A stretch of DNA of 64,000 bases from Candidatus Latescibacterota bacterium (GCA_965248265.1 CBDFJF010000001.1:864001-928000); one strand, 5' to 3'. Numbered from the stretch's first letter, positions 10,660 through 21,179 are shown. Numbers and translations are program-made. Notes: generated by a model from the sequence alone, not told the origin.

Positions 10660-10880
10660 GCTGACGCGCAAAGGCTGTCCCACGCGATCGGCCTACTCGA
10701 TGAATGGCAGCAGGCCGGCGTGAAACCCATCTGCTACCAGTACCCCATGCTCGACCTCACGGACGAAGCAGGGATTGGGAAGGTGATGGCGGCGATGCTG
10801 GCGTGGATGGCGCAGCAGGAACGCGAGATGATCCGGCGGCGCATCAAAGCGGGCCTGGCGGCTAGTAGAGCGAAGCCGAA
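10660..10880 (+). pseudogene. Serine recombinase (resolvase/invertase) fragment
   Basis: DLTDEAGIGKVMAAMLAWMAQQEREMIRRRIKAGLAASRAK is the resolvase E-helix. The catalytic N-terminus and the HTH are absent. Confidence 0.7.
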
Positions 10881-10969
10881 TACGCGATCCTGCCCTCACT
10901 GCGACCCTCAGTCAGCGGGACGAGGACGGCGACTGCGATGAACACAAGCAGGTGATGTATCCGTTTCAT
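10862..10969 (-). pseudogene. Signal-peptide-only remnant of a secreted protein
   Basis: AGAGGAG RBS, then MKRIHHLLVFIAVAVLVPLTEGRSEGRIAYSASLY*. It stops where the resolvase fragment ends. Confidence 0.4.
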
Positions 10970-11208
10970 CGGTCAAAACCTCTCCTCTACTGTCCATCTA
11001 GTGCAGAAACCGCGATCCTCCCGAAATCCTTAGCCAAGAGATTGCCGTCGGTTCGGCAGAAGACGCCTTTCGCCGGAAGGCGGGAATCGCAGTCCTGATC
11101 CGATGGTCCACTGACCAACAACCTGTTCCCACTCGTGAAGCTACAGTCATTACTCCTGCAACGAAGGGGCCGGCGTGTACGAATGTCAAATCAAACACGA
11201 GTCTTATC

Positions 11209-11238
11209 TTGACATTGCTTTCTTTTACGGATTATCCT
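11209..11238 (+). promoter_or_regulatory. Candidate sigma-70 promoter upstream of the ankyrin gene
   Basis: TTGACA-N18-TATCCT. Confidence 0.4.
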
Positions 11239-11318
11239 TGTGGTGTGCTTCGGGGCGCATCCTGTCCGCGGAAAGGGCCGAGCCCACCCGTTTTTGAGTG
11301 GTTGCCTGCCATACTATA

Positions 11319-11377
11319 GCGAAACTCTTTTCTCGCCCGAAGATGCGGACGCCGGGCAGCCTTCGAAAGGAGTTCGC
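11319..11377 (+). promoter_or_regulatory. Structured 5' leader able to sequester the ankyrin-gene RBS
   Basis: GCGAAACTCTTTTC (11319-11332) pairs with GAAAGGAGTTCGC (11365-11377, contains the SD). Internal GCCCG/CGGGC stem. Confidence 0.45.
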
Positions 11378-11378
11378 C

Positions 11379-12581
11379 ATGTCTGCACGTCGTTCCCTGC
11401 CCCAGAGCCCCAACCTCGAACAGCTCAAGAAACAAGCCAAGGACGTGCTCCAGGCCTATCGCGCGGGTGATCCTGATGCGGTCGAGGAGTTCGGTGCTCA
11501 TCCTAGGTCCGTGACGGCGCCGGAAGCCAAACTCACGGATGCACAACTCGTGTTGTCTCGCAGCTACGAGTACGATAGCTGGCCCGAGTTACGGCGGGAA
11601 GTTGCGCGACGCCAGTTGCGGGCTGCTTTGTGGGAGAAGGACTCCCAGACTGTACGTGACGTGCTCGCCGAGGAGCCTTCGGTAGCTCGGGATCGCTTCC
11701 CTCACCCCATGTGGGGTGGCCAACCGAGCTCGCTGCAACTGGCAGCCGAGCGGGGTGACACAGAAATAATCCGGATGCTTCTGGATGGCGGTGCCGACCC
11801 AGGGGACGTTGGCGAGTACGGCTGGACCGCTCTTCAACTGGCCGCCCACTGGGGTCACGATGAAGTGGCTGCCCTCTTGCGTGAGCGCGGTACCGAGGTC
11901 GACATATTCTCGGCCTGTCTGCTGGGTGATGCGGAGGCTGTCGCGTCCATTCTGCAGAACGACCCGGATGCTGCAACCCGTCTTGGCCTTGATGGCGCGC
12001 CTCCGTTGCACTTTGCGACTACTACCAGTGTAGCAAAGCTCCTGCTCAATCACGACGCCGCCTTGACGTCGCGAGACAGCTACGGCAACACCCCCTTGGG
12101 GTCAGCAATTGCGCGCCAAGGGAAACGCTGTCGTCCGCTCGCGGAGTTCCTGTTAGGGCAAGACCCAGAGGCGGATGCCTGCCAGCTTGCGGCACTGGGT
12201 TGCCACGACGAACTGCGCCATATGATCGAGAATGATCCGGATGTCGTCGACTACGTTGGCAAAATCGGTGTTCACGGTGTCGAGGGCACACCGCTCCACG
12301 CCGCGATGAGATACGGCGAAGTCGAAGTTGTGCGGATGCTCATATCCCACGGCGCCGATGTCAACCGCAAGGCGAGTGCAGGACAGACACCGCTCCACCT
12401 GTGTCGAAGAGCAGAAATCGCACAGCTTCTCGTGGAGGCCGCCACAGATCCCGCAGCGACAGATGATGAGCACGGCACGACGCCCTTGGCGTGGGCCAGA
12501 GTCGCAGTGGACATTGGCGGAGCATCTCCCGATACAGCGGATCTCATCGCCTATCTCGAGCAGGTTACCCCCAACGCTTGA
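11379..12581 (+). CDS. Ankyrin repeat protein with N-terminal LPxxPNLEQLKKQAK domain
   Basis: Repeated G.T(A/P)L(H/Q).AA..G ankyrin motifs. AAGGAG RBS. Confidence 0.88.
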   Translation: MSARRSLPQSPNLEQLKKQAKDVLQAYRAGDPDAVEEFGAHPRSVTAPEAKLTDAQLVLSRSYEYDSWPELRREVARRQLRAALWEKDSQTVRDVLAEEPSVARDRFPHPMWGGQPSSLQLAAERGDTEIIRMLLDGGADPGDVGEYGWTALQLAAHWGHDEVAALLRERGTEVDIFSACLLGDAEAVASILQNDPDAATRLGLDGAPPLHFATTTSVAKLLLNHDAALTSRDSYGNTPLGSAIARQGKRCRPLAEFLLGQDPEADACQLAALGCHDELRHMIENDPDVVDYVGKIGVHGVEGTPLHAAMRYGEVEVVRMLISHGADVNRKASAGQTPLHLCRRAEIAQLLVEAATDPAATDDEHGTTPLAWARVAVDIGGASPDTADLIAYLEQVTPNA

Positions 12582-12715
12582 GGATGCCCTGGGAGTTGGT
12601 TTTGTGCCGGCTCCCAGCTTGCCAATGCTGCTTGCCGGACTCGTGCGCGCAGACCAGCCGCTGGTTCACGCGTCCGTATTTCTACGGATATTGCAGTCGC
12701 CTCAAACCAACTATA

Positions 12716-12916
12716 TTGCAGGCAAACTGCCCCGACAATGCGCAGAGGATCAGCCGCGAACTCATAGAGAGAGCAGCACGGCTCTACAAGACCAACACCG
12801 AGGCCAGGCAAGCCTTGGGGATTCACCCCACTGCGTTTGGAAGGGCTTGCAGAAGCTATGGCATTGAGACGCCCGCTGCGAGGAGAAGCAGAGTGAGAAA
12901 GCGGGCATCACAGTAG
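12716..12916 (+). CDS. Small basic Fis-like HTH protein (start uncertain)
   Basis: ISRELIERAARLYKTNTEARQALGIHPTAFGRACRSYGIETP resembles a Fis-type HTH. Only a TTG start is available in frame. Confidence 0.5.
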   Translation: MQANCPDNAQRISRELIERAARLYKTNTEARQALGIHPTAFGRACRSYGIETPAARRSRVRKRASQ

Positions 12917-12966
12917 CAGTGCGATGGTCGCTCGTCCTTGAGGGCCCGCCAACAGACTGAGGTAAT

Positions 12967-14088
12967 ATGGACCGGAGTTATACCGTCGGAATGATCGGTG
13001 TCGGGCGAATGGGTACGACCCACGCGCGGGCGTACGACCTCAACCCGTCGACCGACCTCGTGTCCGGTGCCGACACCGACCCCGAGCTTCTGGCGCTGTT
13101 CCAGGAGCGCTTCGGGGTCTCGGGGTACCCGACATGGGACGAAATGTTCGCCGACAAGCAGCTCGACATCGCCGCGCCCGTGCTGCCGGTGGGTGCCAAC
13201 GCCGACGCCGTCGTCGCCTCGGCCCGAGCCGGGGTAAAGGCGATCTTTTGTGAGAAGCCGCTGACCGCCAGTCTCTCCGATGCCGACAGGATGGTCGAAG
13301 AATGCGAGTCGCGCGGGATCGTCTTTGCGGCGGGCTTGGTTCCTCGGAACTACCCCGAGATGTGGCAGGCACGCGAGATGATTGAATCTGGCGAGCTCGG
13401 CGCGGTCCAGAGCATCAACATCTACGAGAGGCTTGGCCAAGGCGGGTGTCACGGGATCAACATGGCACGCCACTTCGCCGGCGACGCAGAAGCCGACTGG
13501 GTCCTCGGCTGGACCAGCGGCGATGCTCACGGCGACACCGAGGAGGAGTTCGGGGCAGTTGGCGGGTACGTCCGCTTCGGGAATGGCGTCGAGGTATTCA
13601 CGCACAACAAAGAGCAGAACCCTCTGTCCGGTGCATCCAAAGTCCAGGTCATCTGCGACAAGGCGGTACTGTACCGTGACGACACCGGGATGCACATGTT
13701 ACGCAAGTCGGAGGCGGGTGTCGTCGAGGAGGTAGACGGTGTCTTCCCCGTTCGAAGCAAGGAGCGTTACTACGACGACGACGGCTGGACGGAGGTCTCA
13801 TTCGGCATGCAGGCGAGCGTCCAGGCCGTCGTTGACTCTCTAAACACAGGCGAAAAACTCAGGGCGACGACGGGAAACGACCTGCGGAAGTCACTCGAAA
13901 TCGTCATCGCGATGCGCGAGTCGGCCCGCCGGAGGCACACTCCAGTCAAGCTGCCATTAGAAGACCGAAGCCTGACGATGCGGCCGATGCTGCGCCGCTG
14001 GACGTTCAAGGTCACGACGATGGGTCGCGAGGCCTACATGCAGGACATGGCAGCCCACTGCGGGACACCGGGCACGCGACGGCAATAG
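12967..14088 (+). CDS. Gfo/Idh/MocA family oxidoreductase
   Basis: IGVGRMG Rossmann motif, CEKP motif. Confidence 0.9.
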   Translation: MDRSYTVGMIGVGRMGTTHARAYDLNPSTDLVSGADTDPELLALFQERFGVSGYPTWDEMFADKQLDIAAPVLPVGANADAVVASARAGVKAIFCEKPLTASLSDADRMVEECESRGIVFAAGLVPRNYPEMWQAREMIESGELGAVQSINIYERLGQGGCHGINMARHFAGDAEADWVLGWTSGDAHGDTEEEFGAVGGYVRFGNGVEVFTHNKEQNPLSGASKVQVICDKAVLYRDDTGMHMLRKSEAGVVEEVDGVFPVRSKERYYDDDGWTEVSFGMQASVQAVVDSLNTGEKLRATTGNDLRKSLEIVIAMRESARRRHTPVKLPLEDRSLTMRPMLRRWTFKVTTMGREAYMQDMAAHCGTPGTRRQ

Positions 14089-14269
14089 GTAGCCCACCGT
14101 GCCTTTCGCAAATCTCCAAGAAGGTGGACGCCCATAAGTCGCCATCGGCGTCTTACGATGCCGTGTAATGACCCTCAGATTGGAAGTCCGCAGGTCGGAC
14201 GGCTCAATCTTGTACCGATCCTCAACCGCACTCCTGCTCGGGCTCCCGGTACATTGTTACTGTTCACTC

Positions 14270-14545
14270 CGCTACTTGTACAAGTTGCTCCTGTACAGGC
14301 CGATGGCCATCGTCAGCGGCGCCTATTTCGTCATCGAGCTTATACCGCAGCCGTTCAAGGCCCTCGCCTATCTCAATCCGCTGGCTTACGCGATCGACTC
14401 ATTCCGGGGTGCGTTAACGGGCACGACTCTCTTGCTTGATTCACTCGAGGAACAGATGGCTCTGTTGGCTGCAATGATTCTCGTGATCGGTGCGCTTTCC
14501 TTTCTCATTTTTCGGAAGATGGTAAAACGACTCGCGACAGGGCCT
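14270..14545 (+). pseudogene. C-terminal fragment of an ABC-2 type permease
   Basis: SGAYF..ELIPQPFKALAYLNPLAYAIDSFRGAL. No N-terminal half and no ATPase partner nearby. Confidence 0.65.
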
Positions 14546-14794
14546 GCTGCTCTGACTTTGCCGCCCGTCGCATTGATGGTGCGATTACCGCTTGCGGCGA
14601 AGAGCAGCTCGTCGGGATGGTGTCAGGTTTTTCATTGAACCCGGGCAGGCGATGTCGACGACCAGCAGCCAGAATCGTCCGGTTTTGAGCGCCGTACGTC
14701 CTGAGCAACGCCGCAGTCGAGCTGGGTCACCGCAGCGCCCACTCTTCGAGCCCTCATGCTTGCGGAGGAACGAACCGGATGGGCGAGGAAGCGG

Positions 14795-16387
14795 TCATGG
14801 TGCAGCGCCGGGACCGTCACCGGATGGAGAACCGGCGAACTCGAAGCCGTACAGCTCAGCGTCTCGCAGTGAGAACTCGAGGCGCGCCAATCTGCCCTCG
14901 AGCATGCCCAGGTTGCTCTTCCAGCGCACTTCGTGGGCGACTGAGTCCCCGACGACGGGAACGCAATCCCGTCCGAAGAAGCCGGGATACGGCAGGCCCG
15001 ACGGGTCCAGCACGCGCACACTGAGCTCGCTGTCGACTCTGGCGTTGACGGTCAGCGAATCCCCTTCGAGGCGTATCAGTCGGGTTCTCAGGAGCCCACC
15101 CTCGGGGCCGGCATCCCGGGACACGAAGCCGTCCCGCCGCAGTATGGCCAGACCGATGGCCCTTTTGCCTGTCCTGAATCCCTCATCGTTTCCATCGTAA
15201 TAGACATAGTCCTTGTCCCCGACGCTGATACTCTCCGCCACGCCTGCCTGGGCATGGTCCCATAAGCCGGGTGTACTGCTTCGGTTGAGAAAGATGCCAG
15301 GCTGACGGATCCAGTTTTCCCCGTCCCGACTGGTGCACAACTCCGTCCAGAGGATCCTCACCGGGTTGCCGGTGTTCGTGAGCCTGTTCAGACCGGCCGG
15401 CACTTCGTCGTTCAGCGGCAAATCCTCGCGGCGGATACCTGTGAATGCCAGGTACAGTCCTCCGCGTACGGTCGGTCTCATCAGACCGAACTGCTCCAGC
15501 TCCGGCGCCTCCGGATCGCTGGTGACGATGCGGCGGACGGGGCTCCAGTGAAGCAGATCCGGGCTGGAGGTCTGTCCCATGACGCCCCGAAATCCCTCCC
15601 ACTTGTCGGGAGGACCATCGCGATAACCGTCTTCGACCCCGGCCTCCCACCCGATCGTCAACAGGTAACGCAGGCGCAGAGGGTCCCAGAACCCGGCCAG
15701 GCGCCCGGATAAGCGGCCGCTCGTGGCGATATAGACGGGATTGATGGGGTGGTCTTCGAAATGCAGTCCGTCGGCGGAGTACCGCGCCAGGAACGTGCGC
15801 CGGCGCCAGGCCGTGGGCGTGGGACGATAACGGCGGCCGAGGTACACCATGATGTATCGCATCTGCGGCTCCCGCCAGTCCGGACCGTGATCGATGAGCA
15901 CGAGATTGTCAGCCCGATCGGCTACGGCATTGTTCTTTTTCGAGCCGTTGATCTCGATCAGTCCGAGTTCGGGCTCGCGCCAATCGATGCCGTCATCGGA
16001 CTCGGCGTACGCGACATAGTCCGTGTCGGCCGCTTTCTCGTCCGGACCCGCTTTCCGCGATCTGCCGCAGAACCACATGCGAAAGCGACGAAAGTCCGGA
16101 TCGTAGATCACCCTGAAGTGTGTCTTGGTCTGCTGATACCAGCCGTGGCCACTGATGACCGGTTCCGGCCGTTTTTCCGGCTGGTGCACGGTGCGGGTCA
16201 GGCCTTCGCTCCTCTCGATCAGGTAATCGTCGATGAAGAGCTGCGGGCCGGGGATGAGCTTGTACTGTTCGCAATCAGACCCTGCATCACGGCATTCCCA
16301 CACCCGTGATGCCCTTTCGAGAGCGGGGAGGGGAGCGTGTGTGCCCGTATCCGCCGCAGGTAACTCTTGGTCGTCGGATTCGGCCAT
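14795..16387 (-). CDS. GH32/GH130-like five-bladed beta-propeller protein with C-terminal beta-sandwich
   Basis: QLFIDDYLIE, YAESDDGIDWREPELG, TSRDGENW, IGLAILRRDGFVS, LEFSLRDAELYGF. Confidence 0.75.
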   Translation of the reverse strand: MAESDDQELPAADTGTHAPLPALERASRVWECRDAGSDCEQYKLIPGPQLFIDDYLIERSEGLTRTVHQPEKRPEPVISGHGWYQQTKTHFRVIYDPDFRRFRMWFCGRSRKAGPDEKAADTDYVAYAESDDGIDWREPELGLIEINGSKKNNAVADRADNLVLIDHGPDWREPQMRYIMVYLGRRYRPTPTAWRRRTFLARYSADGLHFEDHPINPVYIATSGRLSGRLAGFWDPLRLRYLLTIGWEAGVEDGYRDGPPDKWEGFRGVMGQTSSPDLLHWSPVRRIVTSDPEAPELEQFGLMRPTVRGGLYLAFTGIRREDLPLNDEVPAGLNRLTNTGNPVRILWTELCTSRDGENWIRQPGIFLNRSSTPGLWDHAQAGVAESISVGDKDYVYYDGNDEGFRTGKRAIGLAILRRDGFVSRDAGPEGGLLRTRLIRLEGDSLTVNARVDSELSVRVLDPSGLPYPGFFGRDCVPVVGDSVAHEVRWKSNLGMLEGRLARLEFSLRDAELYGFEFAGSPSGDGPGAAP

Positions 16388-16618
16388 AACATCAGAACCT
16401 CGTTCCACGCTTGTCGCACACGTCGCCACCCGACGCGGACATCGTGCGCTGAGAGCGCCTGCCGTGAAGGTTTCCCGCAACCGTAGAGCCGAGGGGGACG
16501 ACTGTCAACCATTGACGTCGACCGACACGCCTGATTCGGGGGCAGTGAAGGCGCGTGCCCGTACAGGGGGGGTGGTTTGCTCCGTTGGCAAAGGCGCCCC
16601 AGGAAAGGCCACAAACAG

Positions 16619-17194
16619 ATGACCAAGTACGCGCTCGTCGTGCTTCTGATTGAGCTGCTGCTGGCTCTGGCGAGCACCCTGTGGGCTCGTGCTGAATTCC
16701 ATCTGGGGTCGTCGGAACCGAACACTTGGAAACGCTTCGTCGTCTCCAAAACGGATATTGATCCAGGACGAGCAAGGCGGAGTCAGCCGGGTTAGCACGG
16801 CGAACTTGCCCGAGGAGATCGGGGGCGGGGTCTACACAGTCGTGGACTCGGACGGCAGCGTGCTCCGGGAAAGCCCGGTGGACACCCTCGAGGAGGTGGG
16901 GCGAGGCACCCATCTGCTCGAGTACAATTATCGCGGCCCCGACCGGCCGTCCATGGAGGGCGGCGCGCTCCAGGCAGTCCGCATCGATCCGACAGTGAAC
17001 CTGGCCCTGACGGGCGTCCGGTGCGGCGATTTGCGCCGGCGTTGTTGGCGAGTGGCCACCCCCCACCCTACCGATGGAAACGCCGGGATGACGCGGGCTT
17101 GCTGGCGCCGCCCGGTCTCTACCTGGTTCAGGTCGAGCTCGACAGCGATCAGCGACCGAAGACGGCGACCGGAGCCGTCTCTGTGGCCTACTAG
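16619..17194 (+). pseudogene. Frameshifted, internally deleted secreted protein with FlgD-Ig-like C-terminus
   Basis: Signal peptide MTKYALVVLL...WARAEFHLG, then frameshifts, then RWKRRDDAGLLAPPGLYLVQVELDSDQRPKTATGAVSVAY*. Confidence 0.6.
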
Positions 17195-17410
17195 CCAGTA
17201 TCCGGCCATCGCGTCTTGACCATCGGGAGGCCGAATCCGGTGGTCAGTAGATGGGCGGCAAGCATTGGCAACTCTCCTAGTATCGTCGTCGACGTGGTTC
17301 TCATCGCCGTTCCCTCCACTTATGTTCTGACTATAGGTTGCAAGGGCTCGACGAAACGCACGATGCGGCCGAGGATCAATGCCTGTTGAGCCAATATCGA
17401 AAGGTACCGG

Positions 17411-18931
17411 ATGAGAACGCCGATTCAGTACCAGCCGAAGCCGTACGTCCTTCATTCCAACGTCATGATGTTCCACGACTGGCGCTACATCCACGAGGGC
17501 AATCCGGAGTGGTTCGACGCTGATGGGGGCAAGATCGAACGCTACCCCGGCGCGTTGCCCGACCCCGTCGTATTTCGGGGCCGGGAGATGCCCCTCGGCA
17601 TCAAGCTGCGGGCGTTGCCGGGTGAGACCTCCGAACCGATCGTCGAAGTGGAAGAGCCCTGGGAGGAGTTCCTGCGTCATCCCACGCTGATCTGCGACGA
17701 CGGGCTCTATCGCCTCTGGTACAGCAACCGCGAGTACATGTGCTACGCCGAGTCGGAAGATGGCGCCACCTGGCGCAAGCCCAAGCTCGGCATACGGGCG
17801 TTCGATGGTAGCACGAACAACAACATCGTCATGGGGACCGGTATTGCGCCGGAACCCGACTACTTCAACCTCGGCAACGTGTTCATCGATCCGACCGCCC
17901 CACTAGAGGAGAGATACAAGGCGTTCTATACCCGGAAGATCAATCAAGACACCATGAAGGCGTTCGCGGAGAAGTACCCGGAGGACATCAGCCCCCACTA
18001 TCAGGAAGGCGCCGACGCGGACCTGGAGAGGTCCGTGATGGCCATCGGCGGCGCGACCTCAGCGGACGGCATCGATTGGAAGCCGTACCCGCTGCCTCTC
18101 GGCGTTCACCGTGCCGACACGCAGAACCTGGCGTACTACGACTTCATGCTGAAGAAATACGTCGCCTACTTCCGCACCCACGTTTTCCGCCGCCGTTCTA
18201 TCGGACGCGCACAGACCGAGGAGTTCGGCCACTTCCCGTTGCCCGACACTATCCTCTGGCCCGACCCGGGCATGGACCCCTCGGAGGTTCATTACGGCAT
18301 CGGTCGGAAGTCGTACCCGGGAGCTCCGGACTACCACATGATGTTCAACCAGCAGTGGCGGGTCACGGAGGACAGCTGGACGCACCGCGTCTCCGTCAGC
18401 CCTGACGGCCTTCTGTGGGGCTTCGTGCCGCAGGCCGGGGACGTGATACCGCGCGGCGAGGGTCGCGCCTGGAACGCTGGGGCAATCCAGATCGGCGCCG
18501 GAATGGAGGAGCTGCCGGGCAACCGTGTAGGCTTCCCCGTCGCCGCGTACGACGTGCCTCACAAGCATCCGCGGATAAAGACCCTCGGCAAGATCGCCAT
18601 GGTTGCGTGGCCGAAGGACCGGGTTATCGCTCTCGAGGCAGACCAACACGGTGAGTTCACGACCAAGAAAGTGCAGGTCGAAGGCAATACCATGCGCATC
18701 AATGTGCGCACCAAACACGTCGGCCGGGCAGCCGTAGAGGTTTTCGGAGACGGTGACGAACCCGTCCGGGGCCGGTCTTTCGAGGACTGCGACCTGATCA
18801 GCGGCGACTATATGGACAGAGTTGTCACCTGGCGGGGGAACCCCAACCTGGGCCGTAAACCCGGAGAAACGTCACTGCGGCTGCGGGTGAAGCTGTCTTT
18901 CGGACAGCTCTTCAGCCTGCGCTTCGAATGA
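17411..18931 (+). CDS. GH32-like beta-propeller hypothetical protein
   Basis: CYAESEDGATWRKPKLG, TSADGIDW, DTQN, VSPDGLLW. Same architecture as 14795-16387. Confidence 0.75.
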   Translation: MRTPIQYQPKPYVLHSNVMMFHDWRYIHEGNPEWFDADGGKIERYPGALPDPVVFRGREMPLGIKLRALPGETSEPIVEVEEPWEEFLRHPTLICDDGLYRLWYSNREYMCYAESEDGATWRKPKLGIRAFDGSTNNNIVMGTGIAPEPDYFNLGNVFIDPTAPLEERYKAFYTRKINQDTMKAFAEKYPEDISPHYQEGADADLERSVMAIGGATSADGIDWKPYPLPLGVHRADTQNLAYYDFMLKKYVAYFRTHVFRRRSIGRAQTEEFGHFPLPDTILWPDPGMDPSEVHYGIGRKSYPGAPDYHMMFNQQWRVTEDSWTHRVSVSPDGLLWGFVPQAGDVIPRGEGRAWNAGAIQIGAGMEELPGNRVGFPVAAYDVPHKHPRIKTLGKIAMVAWPKDRVIALEADQHGEFTTKKVQVEGNTMRINVRTKHVGRAAVEVFGDGDEPVRGRSFEDCDLISGDYMDRVVTWRGNPNLGRKPGETSLRLRVKLSFGQLFSLRFE

Positions 18932-18986
18932 TTCTTCGAACCAGCGCGCTCGTCAAGGAAGAATCGGTTGTGGCAGGTATAGTGGG

Positions 18987-19823
18987 TCACAACCCCACCT
19001 TATTCGCGAGGCCGCGCAGGTGGTCGGCGGAGGCCTTGATACCCTCCCTGTAGTCGATGTCCGTGTACCTCCCGTTCTTGTAAAAAATGGACACACCGCC
19101 GTTGAAGTGGGCAGTCTGGAGCATACAGAAGAGCCGTTCGTAGTCGACCCAGTCCTCAGTGCCGCCCTCTATGTTGTAGATCTTCGCGGCGACGCAACTG
19201 GTGTGAGGCAACACTTCCTCCATGAACTCGTAAGCCAGCTCGTTGGGCTTAAAGGTGCCGCTGCTGGTGTTGAAGTTGGGCCACCATTGGCCCGTGTCCA
19301 TGATCACAGAGACGTTGTCGCGGCCGATTTCCCTGCACGCGCGAACGACGTCCTCGCCGCGAGGCCTCCCCGTTTTGTAGTTGTGGTTGCACAGGCCGAC
19401 CATGATCGCCTTCTCAGCTGCGTGATCGGCTATCTCCTGAAAGCTGCGTACCTGCGTCGCCCAGGTCTCCTCCGGCCGCGGGTCGTCTTCAGGGGGCGGG
19501 CCGACGACGATACGCAGCATCGGGGAGCCCAGCAGCACGGCCGTATCCACGTGCCTCTTGGCTTCGGCCACCAACCGGTCCACCCGCTCCGGCGGGCCCA
19601 TTAGCGATCCGGCCGTGGTGAGATGGCCGATGGCGAGACCACCTTCGACCGCCCGGTACTTCAGCTTGCTGATATACTCGTAGTCGCTGCGCCCGATGCC
19701 CTTCTTCATGTGGTAGTCCACGTGGTCCAATCTGATCTCGGCGGCCAGATCCGTCAGCTCAACGGCATCGATGAAGCCGCCCTTCCGGTCAGAAACCGCC
19801 GTCAGCAATCCGATCTTGATCAC
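18987..19823 (-). CDS. Sugar phosphate isomerase/epimerase (AP endonuclease 2 TIM barrel)
   Basis: GLCNHN, MDTGQW, VDYERL motifs. GTG start after GGAGGAG. Confidence 0.8.
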   Translation of the reverse strand: MIKIGLLTAVSDRKGGFIDAVELTDLAAEIRLDHVDYHMKKGIGRSDYEYISKLKYRAVEGGLAIGHLTTAGSLMGPPERVDRLVAEAKRHVDTAVLLGSPMLRIVVGPPPEDDPRPEETWATQVRSFQEIADHAAEKAIMVGLCNHNYKTGRPRGEDVVRACREIGRDNVSVIMDTGQWWPNFNTSSGTFKPNELAYEFMEEVLPHTSCVAAKIYNIEGGTEDWVDYERLFCMLQTAHFNGGVSIFYKNGRYTDIDYREGIKASADHLRGLANKVGL

Positions 19824-20191
19824 GTGCGCTCCTCCCGTTGTGTCGTGGTGACTCACCTCGGCAACCGCCGAGTTTCCGCCCAGAACTTCACGAGCATGAC
19901 TCCCACATTGGCACTGCTGAGGAACGTCAGCGTTGACTCGCCGGCGCGCAACCGGGCAGGCCTTGTACTCGGCGTTGTCAGCAGAGGACACAACGTTACA
20001 ACCAATGCTACCCAAGGACCGGACATGGCCCCGCTTGCCACAGTTCCAACACGCACCCCAGATTGTCTCCTACGCATCAACATTTCACCGGAAACGTTAG
20101 CGGCAATGCCAGGGGTGATGAGGGTTGAATGAGATGGTTGAAAGTGCGATTGCGGTCAGACTGGCCGAAGAAAGAGACGTTGAGGCCTTAA

Positions 20192-21163
20192 ATGCCCATT
20201 GCGAGCGAACAAGTTGAGCGGATTCACGACGATGCCATCGTCGTCGTCGACCACGACCACCGTCCGATCGGGTCGGATCTACCGTTGATGGTAGCAGGCG
20301 GGGTAACCGCCAAGGTGTATCAGGTGACCTGTGACGTCAACGCGGTAGCAGGCTACGAGGCCTCGCGCGAGCACGGTGAGGGCTGGCTGCGGCTGGCGGC
20401 TGGCGGTATGGCCGACGCGCTCGAGCAGATCGAGCGTCACGCCGATATTTGTACGCTGGCGAAAACGACGGACGACGTGCGCCAGGCGAAGGCCCAAAAT
20501 CGAGTCGCTATCCTGCTCGGCGCTGAGGGAGCGCGGTGGCTCGAGTCCTCCCTAGAGCCGCTCCGCCTGTTCTACCGTCTCGGACTGCGCGAACTGCAGC
20601 TGACCTGGGCATTCCCGAATCCCCTCGTCCCAGATGGAAGTCTGAGCGAGTTCGGGCGCGAAGTGGTGGCCGAGTGCGGGCGTCTCGGCATCATCGTCGA
20701 CGTCACCCACATTCCCCGGCCGGCGTTCGCCCAGGTCATCGCCGAGGCGCAGAAACCTATCATCGTCTCCCACGGCGCCGCGAACGGAGTGACCACGGAT
20801 CTGGACGATCACCAGATACGGGATCTCGCCGCCACGGGCGGCCTGCTCGGCATCCACTTCTACATCACCTACCTGGGACCCGACCCGACACCGGATGACG
20901 TGGTTCGCCAGATAGACTACGTCGTTGAGTTGGTCGGCATCGAGCACGTTGCTCTCGGCGTCGATTTCTTCCCCACGGAAGGACCTTGGTACGATCTTCA
21001 GGTCGCACAGGGAGCCAGGAACCTGCAGTGGGCGGTGGACGACATGAGTCAGATGCCGGCCATCACCCGAGCTTTGCTCGAGCGCGGGTATTCGGAGGCC
21101 GACATACACCGCATACTGGGCGGCAACTTCCTCAGGGTGTGCGACACCACCTTCGTGGGCTGA
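20192..21163 (+). CDS. Membrane dipeptidase family (M19) protein
   Basis: DHDH, LGAEG, LQLTW, IIVDVTH, VSH, HVALGVDF, ILGGNFLRV. Confidence 0.88.
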   Translation: MPIASEQVERIHDDAIVVVDHDHRPIGSDLPLMVAGGVTAKVYQVTCDVNAVAGYEASREHGEGWLRLAAGGMADALEQIERHADICTLAKTTDDVRQAKAQNRVAILLGAEGARWLESSLEPLRLFYRLGLRELQLTWAFPNPLVPDGSLSEFGREVVAECGRLGIIVDVTHIPRPAFAQVIAEAQKPIIVSHGAANGVTTDLDDHQIRDLAATGGLLGIHFYITYLGPDPTPDDVVRQIDYVVELVGIEHVALGVDFFPTEGPWYDLQVAQGARNLQWAVDDMSQMPAITRALLERGYSEADIHRILGGNFLRVCDTTFVG

Positions 21164-21179
21164 GAGCCGGGAGACAGGC

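Noticed and set aside
20020-20060. Zinc-knuckle-like CWNCGKRGH on the minus strand upstream of the isomerase
   Set aside because: Lacks the fourth Cys and any start or RBS, so likely coincidence.
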